Shown here: positions 11,650 through 21,323 of the stretch, in pieces
How positions within the stretch are numbered: position 1 is the stretch's first letter
Layout of the letters: each line of letters begins with the position of its first letter
Assembly (NCBI GenBank): GCA_964516305.1
Contig: CAZEZH010000002.1
Location: 11,818-75,817, forward strand
Direction: 5' to 3'
DNA from: an uncultured Halochromatium sp.
Lineage (GTDB): Bacteria; Pseudomonadota; Gammaproteobacteria; Chromatiales; Chromatiaceae
Length of the DNA: 64,000 bases
Position numbers and translations under genes: made by a program
The notes under the pieces: model-generated
The model's input: only the letters and a program-made list of their open reading frames with translations
Told to the model about the DNA's origin: nothing
Databases searched by the model: none

Positions 11650-13072
11650 ACTGGGCCTCCTCGATCATGGCCGTTTCAGCCGTGCCTTCCGCGCTGTCCA
11701 AGGATTGCGGCTCCAGCAGCGCAATGGTCCGGTTCTTGGTGGTCAAATACCGCTTTGCCACGTCTTGGATCTGTTCCGGCGTCACGGCCGAGAGCTTGTC
11801 GACCGTCTGATCTGCCAGCTCCCAGCCAAGCCCCACGGTCTCGAGCTGCCCCAAGAGCATCGCCTGGTAAAAGACGCTATCGCGCTCGTAGACCTTGTTG
11901 GCGATGAGCTGATTGCGGATGCGTGCCAGCTCCTGTTCAGTCACTGGTTCCGACTTCAATCGTTCGAGCTGCGCCAAGATTGCCTGTTCAAGGGTCTCGA
12001 CCGAGACGCCCTTGGCCGGCGTGGCGTCGATCAACAGCATGCCTGAGAGCCGATTGAAGGCGTTGTAGCTCGCGCCCACCGCAGCCGCAACCCGCTTGTC
12101 GCGGACCAGTTCGCGACTGAAGCGAGAGCTGGAGCCGGCATCCAGCACCGAGACGAGCATCTCCAGCGCATAAGGCTCCCAGGACCGTTCGACATCCAGC
12201 AGCGAAGGTGTCTTCCAGCCCATCAACAAGTAAGGTTCTTTCGCCGGGGCCGCGACCACAAGCCGCTTTTCGCCGCGCTGCTCGGGCTCGTCGCGCGGAC
12301 GAGGCTCGAGCGAGGGCCCTGCATCGAGCGGCCCGAAGTGTTCTTCTGCGAGCGCGAAGACCTCGGCGGGATCAATATCGCCAACCACCACGAGCGTGGC
12401 ATTGTTCGGCGCGTACCACATCTGATACCAATCCCGTAGCGTCTCGATACTCATCGTATCGAGGTCGCTCTGCCAACCGATGATGGGATTGCGATAAGGT
12501 GAGGCGGCATAAGCGGTCGCGTTGAACTGCTCGAAGGCGAGCGCCTCAGGGTCATCGTCGGTCCGTAACCGGCGTTCTTCCTTGACCACCTCGATCTCTT
12601 TCGCGAATTCCTCAGCGGGCAACGCCAGATTGCGCATCCGGTCGGCCTCGAGTTCGAAAGCGACCTCGAGCCGACCCGCCGACAACGTTTGGAAGTAGGC
12701 GGTATAGTCGCGGCCGGTGAAGGCATTCTCATCGCCCCCATTCTCAGCGATGATACGTGAGAATTGCCCCGGCGCAAGGCGCTCGGTGCCCTTGAACATC
12801 ATGTGCTCGAGTGCGTGCGAGACGCCAGTGACGCCGCCGTGCTCGTAGCTTGAACCGACCTTGTACCAAACCTGTGAGGTCACGATCGGTGCGCGAGCGT
12901 CGGGCTTGACGATGACTTTCAGCCCGTTATCGAGTACGCGCTCCTGCACCTTCGGACCAGCAGCAGGGCGTTCATGATCGGCAAGGCGGTCGGCCTCGGC
13001 CGCGATCGGCGAGTTTGCCACAAGGAGCCCGGCGCAGGTGACCAGGGCAACGGCGAGAAATCGTTTCATCAT
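11639..13072 (-). CDS. M16 family zinc peptidase, catalytic subunit
   Basis: WYKVGS, HALEHMMFKGT (HXXEH), ENAFT, EERR; start set at MMKRF signal peptide. Confidence 0.92.
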   Translation of the reverse strand: MMKRFLAVALVTCAGLLVANSPIAAEADRLADHERPAAGPKVQERVLDNGLKVIVKPDARAPIVTSQVWYKVGSSYEHGGVTGVSHALEHMMFKGTERLAPGQFSRIIAENGGDENAFTGRDYTAYFQTLSAGRLEVAFELEADRMRNLALPAEEFAKEIEVVKEERRLRTDDDPEALAFEQFNATAYAASPYRNPIIGWQSDLDTMSIETLRDWYQMWYAPNNATLVVVGDIDPAEVFALAEEHFGPLDAGPSLEPRPRDEPEQRGEKRLVVAAPAKEPYLLMGWKTPSLLDVERSWEPYALEMLVSVLDAGSSSRFSRELVRDKRVAAAVGASYNAFNRLSGMLLIDATPAKGVSVETLEQAILAQLERLKSEPVTEQELARIRNQLIANKVYERDSVFYQAMLLGQLETVGLGWELADQTVDKLSAVTPEQIQDVAKRYLTTKNRTIALLEPQSLDSAEGTAETAMIEEAQYVR

Positions 13073-13216
13073 TAGAATGGTCCGTCGAATCAGCGTAGCC
13101 TGGTCGGGAAGTTGGCGACGCGCGTGCATTGTTACAATGTGGCAGCCGGACACCTGAACACCGCGTTCGGGCCACCCCATCCTCCCTATCCCTATCCCAG
13201 AAGTCGTTACAAACCC

Positions 13217-14455
13217 ATGTTTGGATTCGGAAAAAAGAAACAGCGTCAAACCGAGGCCAACGACGCTGCAAAGAACGCCAGTGAGGACCTGGGGGTAGAG
13301 GCAGCGCCAACGACGCAGACCTCGCTCAAGCAGGACTCTTCCGATCAAGAGGCAAGGCAAAGGCCGGGCCTGCAGCCGCAGTATGAACCACCCCTTGCTG
13401 CGCCGGTGCTCGACGAGCCGACGCAGCCCGAATCAGATAGCTCGGACGGGAGCTTCGACGACGAGCCAGGGCAGGGCCGTCTGGGCGATGCGATTGCCCG
13501 CGCTGCGGCCAAGCGCGAACAGGATGCGGCCCAACAACGGCGACTCTTTGCCGGGCTCAAGGCCGGACTCGCGCGCACCCGGGCGGTCTTGAACGCGGAT
13601 ATCGGCGACCTGGTCGCGGGCCGCACTGAGATCGACGAGGACCTGCTTGAGGAGCTGGAGATGCTCCTGGTCGCTGCAGATGTCGGCGTCCCGACCACGC
13701 GCCGCATTATCGACGACCTCGCCTACCGGGTGAAGCGGCGCGAGGCGCTTGAGCCCGATGCCTTTCTCACTGCGCTGCGACGCGAGCTGGCCAGCATCCT
13801 GGTCACCAGTCGAGCACCGGTGCAGCAGCCGGCACCGGGCCGACCGCAGGTGATCCTAATGGTTGGCGTCAATGGTGCCGGCAAGACCACCACCATCGGT
13901 AAGCTGGCACGCCAACTCAAGGACGAAGGCAATACTGTCATGCTCGCGGCTGGCGATACCTTCCGCGCCGCCGCGGTCGAGCAGCTCCAGAGCTGGGGCG
14001 AGCGCAATCAGCTGCCGGTGGTGGCCCAGCACACGGGCGCCGACCCGGCCTCGGTAATCTACGATGCGCTGCAGGCCGCGACCTCACGCGGGATCGATGT
14101 GCTGATCGCCGATACCGCCGGGCGCCTGCACACCAAGTCGAATCTGATGGAAGAGCTGAAGAAGATCGCGCGGGTGCTGAAGAAGATCGATCCGGAGGCG
14201 CCACATGAGGTGATGTTGGTGGTGGACGCCACCGCTGGGCAGAACGCGTTGCAACAGGCGCTGCAATTCAACGAGTCGCTACCACTCACCGGCATCACCC
14301 TGACCAAGCTCGACGGTACCGCCAAGGGCGGAATCATCTTTGCGATCGCGGACCGGCTGCAGGTGCCGTTCCGCTTCATTGGCGTTGGTGAAAAGGTCGA
14401 GGATCTGCGCCCCTTCGACGCCGACGGCTTCCTCGATGCCCTGCTGAGTCCGTGA
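13217..14455 (+). CDS. ftsY: SRP receptor FtsY
   Basis: MFGFGKKK start, acidic N-domain, GVNGAGKTTT, DTFRAAA, DTAGR, TKLDGTAKGG. Confidence 0.97.
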   Translation: MFGFGKKKQRQTEANDAAKNASEDLGVEAAPTTQTSLKQDSSDQEARQRPGLQPQYEPPLAAPVLDEPTQPESDSSDGSFDDEPGQGRLGDAIARAAAKREQDAAQQRRLFAGLKAGLARTRAVLNADIGDLVAGRTEIDEDLLEELEMLLVAADVGVPTTRRIIDDLAYRVKRREALEPDAFLTALRRELASILVTSRAPVQQPAPGRPQVILMVGVNGAGKTTTIGKLARQLKDEGNTVMLAAGDTFRAAAVEQLQSWGERNQLPVVAQHTGADPASVIYDALQAATSRGIDVLIADTAGRLHTKSNLMEELKKIARVLKKIDPEAPHEVMLVVDATAGQNALQQALQFNESLPLTGITLTKLDGTAKGGIIFAIADRLQVPFRFIGVGEKVEDLRPFDADGFLDALLSP

Positions 14456-15120
14456 TCCGTTTCGAGCACGTCAACAAACGCTATCCGGAGCGCGGCGACG
14501 CCCTCAAGGACCTGAGCTTCGAGCTCGGAGCTGGCGAAATGACGTTCCTGACCGGCCACTCAGGCGCCGGCAAGAGCACGCTGCTCAAGCTGATTGGGCT
14601 ACTGGAGCGGCCGACCCGCGGCCAGGTCCTGGTCGATGGCCTCTCGCTCGGCGAGCTGCCACGCCGACGCATCCCCTTTCACCGGCGGCGGATCGGCATG
14701 ATCTTCCAGGATCATCGGCTGCTGAACGATCGAACAGTCTACGACAACGTCGCGCTGCCACTCGCAGTCACTGGCATGCCCAGCCGCGAGATCGGCCGCC
14801 GTGTGCGGGCCGCACTCGATCAGGTCGGACTCCTCGCTTTAGAACGCGCTTACCCAGTCGCGCTCTCTGGGGGCGAGCAGCAGCGGGTCGGGATCGCGCG
14901 CGCCATCGTCGGCCGGCCACCGATCATCCTGGCCGACGAGCCAACCGGTAATCTCGATCCCGAACTCGCAAGCGAGATCTATGATCTGTTCGAGCGCTTC
15001 CATGAGGTGGGGGTCACCTTAATGGTCGCCACCCACGACCAAGAACGGATCAGCCGCATGGGGTATCGCATCCTGCGTCTCCATCAAGGCCGACTGGTCG
15101 CCGATTCCGGAAACTGGTAA
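14452..15120 (+). CDS. ftsE: Cell division ATP-binding protein FtsE
   Basis: [25 protein letters not shown]; ftsYEX order. Confidence 0.96.
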   Translation: MIRFEHVNKRYPERGDALKDLSFELGAGEMTFLTGHSGAGKSTLLKLIGLLERPTRGQVLVDGLSLGELPRRRIPFHRRRIGMIFQDHRLLNDRTVYDNVALPLAVTGMPSREIGRRVRAALDQVGLLALERAYPVALSGGEQQRVGIARAIVGRPPIILADEPTGNLDPELASEIYDLFERFHEVGVTLMVATHDQERISRMGYRILRLHQGRLVADSGNW

Positions 15121-16104
15121 ATGGCCCGACGTCGCTCTCGATTTCCAACCAGTCGACAGACGGGCAGCAGCGGCCTGAGTCGCCGCCATCTATCGGCCTG
15201 GCTTGAACAGCATCGCGAGATCGCAACCGCGACCCTTGAGGGGCTGCTGCAAAAGCCACTAGGCACACTGATGACCGTGGCGGCGGTCGCGATTGCGCTC
15301 GCGTTGCCGGCTGCGCTCGCCGTTGCCCTCGACAACGTGAAGCGGCTTGGCGGCGACTGGCAGCGCAGCGTTGCAGTCTCGGTGTTCCTCGCCGCCGATG
15401 TCGATGACGCGCAGGGGACGCAGCTGAGTCAGCGCCTAGAGGAGCGGCCGGAGGTCGAGACGGCTAGGCTCATCTCGCGCGCCGAGGGGTTGCGCGAATT
15501 TCGCGACTATAGCGGCCTCGGCGCGGCGCTGGATCAGCTCAACGAGAACCCACTACCCATCGTCGTCGAGCTACAGTTGCAGCCTACAGCACTCGAGCCA
15601 GCCATACTGAAGGCGTTTATCGCTCAGGTCGAGGCCTCGCCCGAGGTCGACTTTCTGCGCGAAGACGCGCAGTGGGCGCAACGCTTTCAGGCCATTGTCG
15701 ACCTGATGCGCGCTGGGGTCGCACTGCTCGCGTTCCTGCTCGGGCTCGGTGTGCTGCTGGTCATCGGCAATACCATCCGGCTCGAGATCGAGAATCACCG
15801 AGACGAGATCCGTATCATGGGCCTGGTTGGGGCCACCCCTCGCTTTGCCCGTCGCCGTTTCCTGTACATCGGCGCCTGGTATGGTCTGATTGGCGGTGGC
15901 GTCGCCGCGCTACTGGTCACACTGATGGTCTGGCTGCTGGCCACAGAAGCAGCATCAGTCGCCGCCATCTATCACAAGAGCTTCAGCATCCGGGGGCTCA
16001 GCCTCACCGGCATGGCGACGCTGCTCATTGGCAGCACGCTGCTCGGCATCATCGGTGGCTGGATTGCCGTCGGGCGCCATCTTGATCCCTTTAAAGATCT
16101 CTGA
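15121..16104 (+). CDS. ftsX: Cell division permease FtsX
   Basis: ENPLP, VIGNTIRLEI, LVGAT; four hydrophobic segments. Confidence 0.95.
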   Translation: MARRRSRFPTSRQTGSSGLSRRHLSAWLEQHREIATATLEGLLQKPLGTLMTVAAVAIALALPAALAVALDNVKRLGGDWQRSVAVSVFLAADVDDAQGTQLSQRLEERPEVETARLISRAEGLREFRDYSGLGAALDQLNENPLPIVVELQLQPTALEPAILKAFIAQVEASPEVDFLREDAQWAQRFQAIVDLMRAGVALLAFLLGLGVLLVIGNTIRLEIENHRDEIRIMGLVGATPRFARRRFLYIGAWYGLIGGGVAALLVTLMVWLLATEAASVAAIYHKSFSIRGLSLTGMATLLIGSTLLGIIGGWIAVGRHLDPFKDL

Positions 16105-16302
16105 TGAAAGTCTCTGGCGAGGCGCTCGCCCCTTCGAGCCCGGACCGATGCCAGCATCCAGCCCATCTCAACAGCGCTGCCGCTGCTGCAATCCCCCGTC
16201 AAGCCTCGCCGCGAACTTGTCTAGGCCAGCAGTATCTAAGGCTGAAACACAACACCAGTAGATCAACCGAGGCTTCTTCGGCACTGTCTAACCTTTGCCA
16301 CA

Positions 16303-16330
16303 GGAACTTTCCGTTCAAAGCCTGCTCGAA
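16303..16330 (+). promoter_or_regulatory. Putative sigmaE promoter of rpoH
   Basis: GGAACTT-N16-TCGAA matches the RpoE consensus GGAACTT-N16-TCnAA. Confidence 0.65.
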
Positions 16331-16407
16331 AACCCTGTCGCGACTATTGTGAAACGTCGCAAAGCCTGCTAGCATTATTCCCGAGCAAAACACTAGGGTA
16401 TTCCATC

Positions 16408-17256
16408 ATGAGCACCGACATCGCGGCCATTGGAACGTTATCGACCGGCAACATCGATAGTTACATTTCGAGCGCATACCAGATTCCAGTCCTGACCGCC
16501 GAGGAGGAGCGCTCACTCGCCGTGAGGCTGCGCGACAACGGGGACATGATGGCAGCACGGCGACTTGTGCTGTCACACCTTCGGTTTGTCATCCGCATCG
16601 CACGCGGTTATCTCGGCTACGGTCTTCCATTACCAGACCTGATCCAGGAAGGCACCGTCGGCCTTATGAAGGCTGTGCGTCGATTCGAGCCCGACGTCGG
16701 CGTGCGCCTGGTTTCCTTCGCCGTGCATTGGATTCGCGCCGAGATCCACGAGTACATCCTACGCAACTGGCGCATCGTGAAGGTGGCGACCACCAAGGCA
16801 CAGCGTAAGCTGTTCTTCAATCTGCGCAGCTCGAAGAAGCGCTTGGGCTGGTTCTCGAAGCAGGAGGTGGATGACGTCGCCGCCGATCTGGGCGTCAAGC
16901 CGGAAACCGTTCTTGAGATGGAGTCGAGGCTCTCAAGCCATGATATGTCGTTCGACGGGCACGACGACGACGATGACGATTCCCCCTCGGCACCATCGAC
17001 CTATCTGCCGGATTTCCGGATGGAACCCGGCGCCGCCCTTGAGCGTGAGGACAACGACGGCTGGCAGCGAGACCGCCTCTTCGCAGCGCTCGAGCAGCTT
17101 GATGAACGCAGCAAGGTCATCTTGCGCGAACGTTGGTTGAACGAGCGTAAGCAGACGCTGCACGAACTCGCTCAGCAATTCAACGTCTCCGCCGAACGCA
17201 TCCGCCAGATCGAGAAGAACGCAATGAACAAGCTCCGCACTCAGCTCGAACTCTAA
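16408..17256 (+). CDS. rpoH: RNA polymerase sigma factor RpoH (sigma32)
   Basis: RpoH box [33 protein letters not shown]; after ftsX. Confidence 0.97.
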   Translation: MSTDIAAIGTLSTGNIDSYISSAYQIPVLTAEEERSLAVRLRDNGDMMAARRLVLSHLRFVIRIARGYLGYGLPLPDLIQEGTVGLMKAVRRFEPDVGVRLVSFAVHWIRAEIHEYILRNWRIVKVATTKAQRKLFFNLRSSKKRLGWFSKQEVDDVAADLGVKPETVLEMESRLSSHDMSFDGHDDDDDDSPSAPSTYLPDFRMEPGAALEREDNDGWQRDRLFAALEQLDERSKVILRERWLNERKQTLHELAQQFNVSAERIRQIEKNAMNKLRTQLEL

Positions 17257-17436
17257 CCCCGCAGCGTCGCCCACCGAGAGTGGGTTCAGCGCACTGCCCG
17301 AGGTTCCAGCCTAAGGCTGGGATCTCGGCTCCCAAGCTGATGACCCTGGACGGATGACGCGGGTCATACCTAGGCTTTTGCCCAGGCAAGATGCCCCAAG
17401 CCAAAACCGCGTCAAGGCACTACTGGTCGTTCGTCC

Positions 17437-17748
17437 CTAGACACTCGCCTCGGCACTGGCGGCCAATTCAAAAGACTCGATCCTCCCCTCTCCGTAATAG
17501 GCTTCTTTTGGCAGTGGATTGGCATGTGCCTGCTTGAAGTCCTCCGAGCCGATCCAAGCCTCAAATGCCCCACGATCTTCCCATAGGGTCTCCACGATAT
17601 AAGGCGTATCCTCGCTCGCCGGACGCAACACGGCCATTCGCACGAAGCCCGCCTGCAGTTCCACCTGCCCTGCGCGCTGCCTAAAACGCTCCTCAAACGC
17701 GTCCCGCCACTCAGTTGCGACCGGCACCCGGTTCATCACGCAAAACAT
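17437..17748 (-). CDS. ABM-domain protein, IsdG/HmoA-like heme-degrading monooxygenase candidate
   Basis: MNR...FEERF...GF...TLWE...AFEAWIGSEDFKQAH. Confidence 0.75.
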   Translation of the reverse strand: MFCVMNRVPVATEWRDAFEERFRQRAGQVELQAGFVRMAVLRPASEDTPYIVETLWEDRGAFEAWIGSEDFKQAHANPLPKEAYYGEGRIESFELAASAEASV

Positions 17749-17836
17749 CGCTATTACTCCTCAAGTTGGGAAAAGTTACGCCACTGCGTTCATACTGAGC
17801 GATCAGATCCTACACTGCCGAAGATCCGCTGCGCTG

Positions 17837-18025
17837 ATGTCACGCAATCGCTCCGCTGCCTTGCTCAGTCTCATTGGCCTGATGCTGCTGCTCAACGCCT
17901 GTGCATCGCCGTCCACGTCGGGCGGCTTCCAACCGGCAACGAGCAGCGAACAGACGCTCTCAGGACAGCGCGACATCAGGATCTATGGCGCCCACTCCAC
18001 CTCAATCACGCACCGCTCCCGATAA
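17837..18025 (+). CDS. Small putative lipoprotein
   Basis: Basic N-terminus, hydrophobic core, lipobox LNAC; stop overlaps the next ATG (TAATG). Confidence 0.55.
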   Translation: MSRNRSAALLSLIGLMLLLNACASPSTSGGFQPATSSEQTLSGQRDIRIYGAHSTSITHRSR

Positions 18026-19578
18026 TGTCGATGATCACTAGGCTCCTACAAGTGCGCGGTTGGAATGCCGCTGTCCGGCTGCTCGCTGTCGCGCTCTTCA
18101 GCACACCGATTCTGGCCAACGCAGCGGTCCCAGCAACACCGCTGATGACCCTCTATAAATTCAATGGCCCTCTCGAGATCCCCTATTACAGCATCGCGGC
18201 CAACGGCCCAGGTGGCCGCGCCGGCAGCTTGCCGCAAGGCACATCGGTGATCCCATGCCTGGTGGTTCGCAACGGTCGCGCGCTCACCGATGCCAAGGGA
18301 ACGCCTTACGTCGGCTTCGAGGTGGTCGTGAATCCGGCCAAGGACAAAGGCCAGGCCGCCACGCGCAAGTTCAAGCGGACCTTCGCCGAACGCGAGTCAC
18401 TGAAGGTCAAGAACCATCACTGTGATCGCAATGTCCGTCACCTGCTAAACGTCCGCGATCTCTACGTACTCAAGAAGCCGCCGTTTTTCGATCCGCCCGG
18501 CAAGGGCAATCCAGCCGCAGCCGAGCGCGAGGGCAAGAGCGAGCTGGATAAGATTGTTCGGGTCTTCCACAACTCACCCGAATGCGCTGCCGTGGACCGA
18601 GACGCGATCGGGCGGCGCGCCCGGCTCGCCAGCGCCTGGGACCGCTTCATTGCCAAGCATGATGGGCGCTGGGACGGCACCACCCTCGCACGGGCCAAAC
18701 ACCTCGATTACGCCATGCGCACAGCGATCTTCGAGGGGCATCTGGATCGTGGCTGTTCCGCCTACGGCGCCTGTGAACGCAACGTCGTCGTCCTCTCGAT
18801 CCGCAATCGGGGTGTTGGACAATGCCTGAAGCGGCAAGGCTGCAAGTTCCCCGGCGACTTCCAGGGCATCTCCTCCGATGTTGGACAATACAACATCTGG
18901 GATGCCTACCTGACCCAGATCTCCGGCCTCACCTCTTGCTACCTGCGCACCGATCTGGCCAAGCAGAGTGATTACGACCTTTACCAGGGCATCTACAGCC
19001 AGAGCGTTGGTGACGCCGAGACCATCCTTTACGGCGGCACGCCAGCACTCACAGGCGTCTTTCCCGGCACCCGTTTGAGCGAGCTCACCGAGCTACGCCA
19101 TTACTATCACCCACCAGCGATGGGCAAATGCTTCCCGCAGCATGCTCGGGTCGAGTATATGTCCGGCGCCGTGGCCGAGAATGGCCCCAATCATGTGTTA
19201 ATCGCGAACACGCGGATCAAGGTCGGCGACCGAGTCAGCAGTGGCTATCGCTTCAAAGAATTCCGCTTCGACCAGGAAGGGACGATCGACGCGGTGCGCG
19301 TCGAGGACAATTACCCGGGCTTCATCGTCGATGGCCGCAAGGTCAGCCTCGGTGGTGGGGGTGGCTGCACGCCCTATGGCGTCTCCAGCGGCTGCCGCTT
19401 CTCGAACGTCGGGCGCTACCGACGCACCCCTAGCTGGCTCACCGCTGGTAAGCCGCTAGCCATCAACTGCCGCATCAACGACCGCGGCGAATCCTGCAGC
19501 GGCAGCGGCCGCGAGCAGCGGGTCACCGTCGGCGGCGCTTGCGACATCGACATGATGCCGGTCACGCGCGTGCACTGA
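18025..19578 (+). CDS. Secreted Cys-rich hypothetical protein, possible divergent cell-wall hydrolase
   Basis: 517-aa ORF, signal peptide (ANA-A), 14 Cys, SleB-like motif series. Confidence 0.8.
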   Translation: MSMITRLLQVRGWNAAVRLLAVALFSTPILANAAVPATPLMTLYKFNGPLEIPYYSIAANGPGGRAGSLPQGTSVIPCLVVRNGRALTDAKGTPYVGFEVVVNPAKDKGQAATRKFKRTFAERESLKVKNHHCDRNVRHLLNVRDLYVLKKPPFFDPPGKGNPAAAEREGKSELDKIVRVFHNSPECAAVDRDAIGRRARLASAWDRFIAKHDGRWDGTTLARAKHLDYAMRTAIFEGHLDRGCSAYGACERNVVVLSIRNRGVGQCLKRQGCKFPGDFQGISSDVGQYNIWDAYLTQISGLTSCYLRTDLAKQSDYDLYQGIYSQSVGDAETILYGGTPALTGVFPGTRLSELTELRHYYHPPAMGKCFPQHARVEYMSGAVAENGPNHVLIANTRIKVGDRVSSGYRFKEFRFDQEGTIDAVRVEDNYPGFIVDGRKVSLGGGGGCTPYGVSSGCRFSNVGRYRRTPSWLTAGKPLAINCRINDRGESCSGSGREQRVTVGGACDIDMMPVTRVH

Positions 19579-19589
19579 TCAGCCTAGCC

Positions 19590-19711
19590 AACGCAGATGA
19601 CGCAGATTAAATATTTCTAAAACAGCGCCTTAGCGAGAATACTAAGGACACCGACCAGGTGAAGCAGGGATTGGCCTTCGTGGCTTAATCTCTGTGCGCT
19701 TATCTGCGGTT
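19590..19711. repeat. Imperfect inverted-repeat element (REP/MITE-like)
   Basis: AACGCAGATGACGCAGATTAA ... TTAATCTCTGTGCGCTTATCTGCGGTT with internal CCTTAG/CTAAGG hairpin. Confidence 0.55.
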
Positions 19712-19737
19712 GAATGCTCTTTTTGGGTTGAATCCTT

Positions 19738-21177
19738 CTACTCCGGACTCTCGCCCAGGGTCTGGTAGTACTGTTTGATGTCTTCGCCGATGGTGGCGGT
19801 GATCTGATAGAAGACCTCGTGCGAGATCCGCACTGGCTGGTCATCGACCTGATCGGCCTGAGCACAGGTCTCCGCGATCAACCGATAGAGGTAATTGAGC
19901 ACAAAACGCGGCTGGCGGAGCTTATCGAGCGCGCCGAGAATCTCGCGCTGCGGGATCACTGACGCGAACAGCTGATCGAGCGGGTAAGGGTCGGTGGGAT
20001 CTTCGCGACAGATGCGCAGGCGTGCAGACATCATGTCGAACAGCTGCTTATCGCCCCAGCGGAACGGATAGATGATCTTCTGCTTGTCGAAGCGTGCCTC
20101 ATTCGCCTTCTCCGAGCCGGCCTTGCGCACCGCCTCGTAGAGCTGGCGCGGTAGCAGCATCTTAAAGCTCAGGTTCGGATGCAGCTGGAGAATGCGATTG
20201 TTCCAGAGCGGCCAGACGAAGTCCTCCATGCGCTCGCGATCACCATTGATCAAAGAGGGCTCGTCGACCTTATCCATGACCACCACGATCTGCTGGTAGC
20301 CAAGGCTGAGCACGACATCGATAAACTTGGTGGCGAACAGCCGGCGCACATCGTCGTCATCGCGCCAACCGGTGCGCTTAACATCCTGATCCTTGAGATA
20401 ACCCTGCGGGATTGAGCGCAGCGCACACTCGACATCCTTGGCATTGCGGTCCCGCACCAAGATCTCCCGTTCCGCGGAGCGCGCAACGCCGCGATAGAAG
20501 GCGCTGCGGACCAGCGGCAACAGGCCTAGCGAGAGCAGTGCGGCGCTGGATTCCTTGAGGCTATCGAAGAAGCCGCCAATCAGCCCCCGGGGCATCAAGC
20601 GCTTGGATAGCGACGCCATGATACGGTTATAACGATCTGGGGGCCCGCTGACATAGAAAGCCATCAGCATCATCAGATCATGACGTCGGTATTGCTCCAG
20701 TTTTTCCAAGTGTAGGTCAGCGTCCTTGGCCTCTTTGAGCAAGGCTTCCATGCCACAGACCAGTATCGCATCCAAATGTTGGGCGAGGCCAAAATCCTTC
20801 AGTGTCACCGCCACCTCGCGGCGCCGATCTTGCTCGCTCTTGCGCTTGAAGGCTTCGAGGAACCCGTTGAAGTCATCGTAGTGCAGCAGCAGGATGCGAT
20901 TCTGATCCTGATCCTGATGCTGGCGGTTGAAGTACTCGATGTTCTTTTCCAACGCCAGGCGCAACGCTGACTTACCGCTGCCCTTGACGCCGAAGATCAT
21001 CGAGGTGCCGCGCCCTGGCGGATCTCCGAAGAACTTGTCCCAAGCCTGATGGTTGAAGGTATAACCGGACTCATTGACCAGATCTTCGAAGACCTTGTCG
21101 TTTTGTGCTTCTTCCTCGATGAACGGGTTACGAACCAGCCCATGAGACTTTAGAAACTGCGCCATCGCGATGGACAT
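19738..21177 (-). CDS. Uncharacterised P-loop ATPase
   Basis: N-terminal NPF, Walker A GVKGSGKS, Walker B-like IVVVMDKVDE. Confidence 0.82.
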   Translation of the reverse strand: MSIAMAQFLKSHGLVRNPFIEEEAQNDKVFEDLVNESGYTFNHQAWDKFFGDPPGRGTSMIFGVKGSGKSALRLALEKNIEYFNRQHQDQDQNRILLLHYDDFNGFLEAFKRKSEQDRRREVAVTLKDFGLAQHLDAILVCGMEALLKEAKDADLHLEKLEQYRRHDLMMLMAFYVSGPPDRYNRIMASLSKRLMPRGLIGGFFDSLKESSAALLSLGLLPLVRSAFYRGVARSAEREILVRDRNAKDVECALRSIPQGYLKDQDVKRTGWRDDDDVRRLFATKFIDVVLSLGYQQIVVVMDKVDEPSLINGDRERMEDFVWPLWNNRILQLHPNLSFKMLLPRQLYEAVRKAGSEKANEARFDKQKIIYPFRWGDKQLFDMMSARLRICREDPTDPYPLDQLFASVIPQREILGALDKLRQPRFVLNYLYRLIAETCAQADQVDDQPVRISHEVFYQITATIGEDIKQYYQTLGESPE

Positions 21178-21323
21178 GGACAGAAATACCTTTTTCGACG
21201 AGTAGCAGCCGCGCCTGCAAACGAGGCCTAGTGTCCCTTTAGAGGGGCGTCAGCCGCAAGCTGGCTCTCGGGGATCAGGGGGGGTGTGCGCGAACTCTGT
21301 TCGGGGTTAGCGGCCAGCGCCGA

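Noticed and set aside
13073-13360. Overlapping 5' extensions of the M16 gene and ftsY
   Set aside because: Alternative-start artefacts; starts at 13072 and 13217 leave a normal divergent intergenic region.
17337-17370. Hammerhead ribozyme suggested by CTGATGA plus a stem
   Set aside because: The required GAAA after stem II is absent.
20902-20919. CTGATC tandem repeat in the ATPase gene
   Set aside because: About three in-frame hexamer units encoding QDQDQ; cannot cause phase variation by frameshift.
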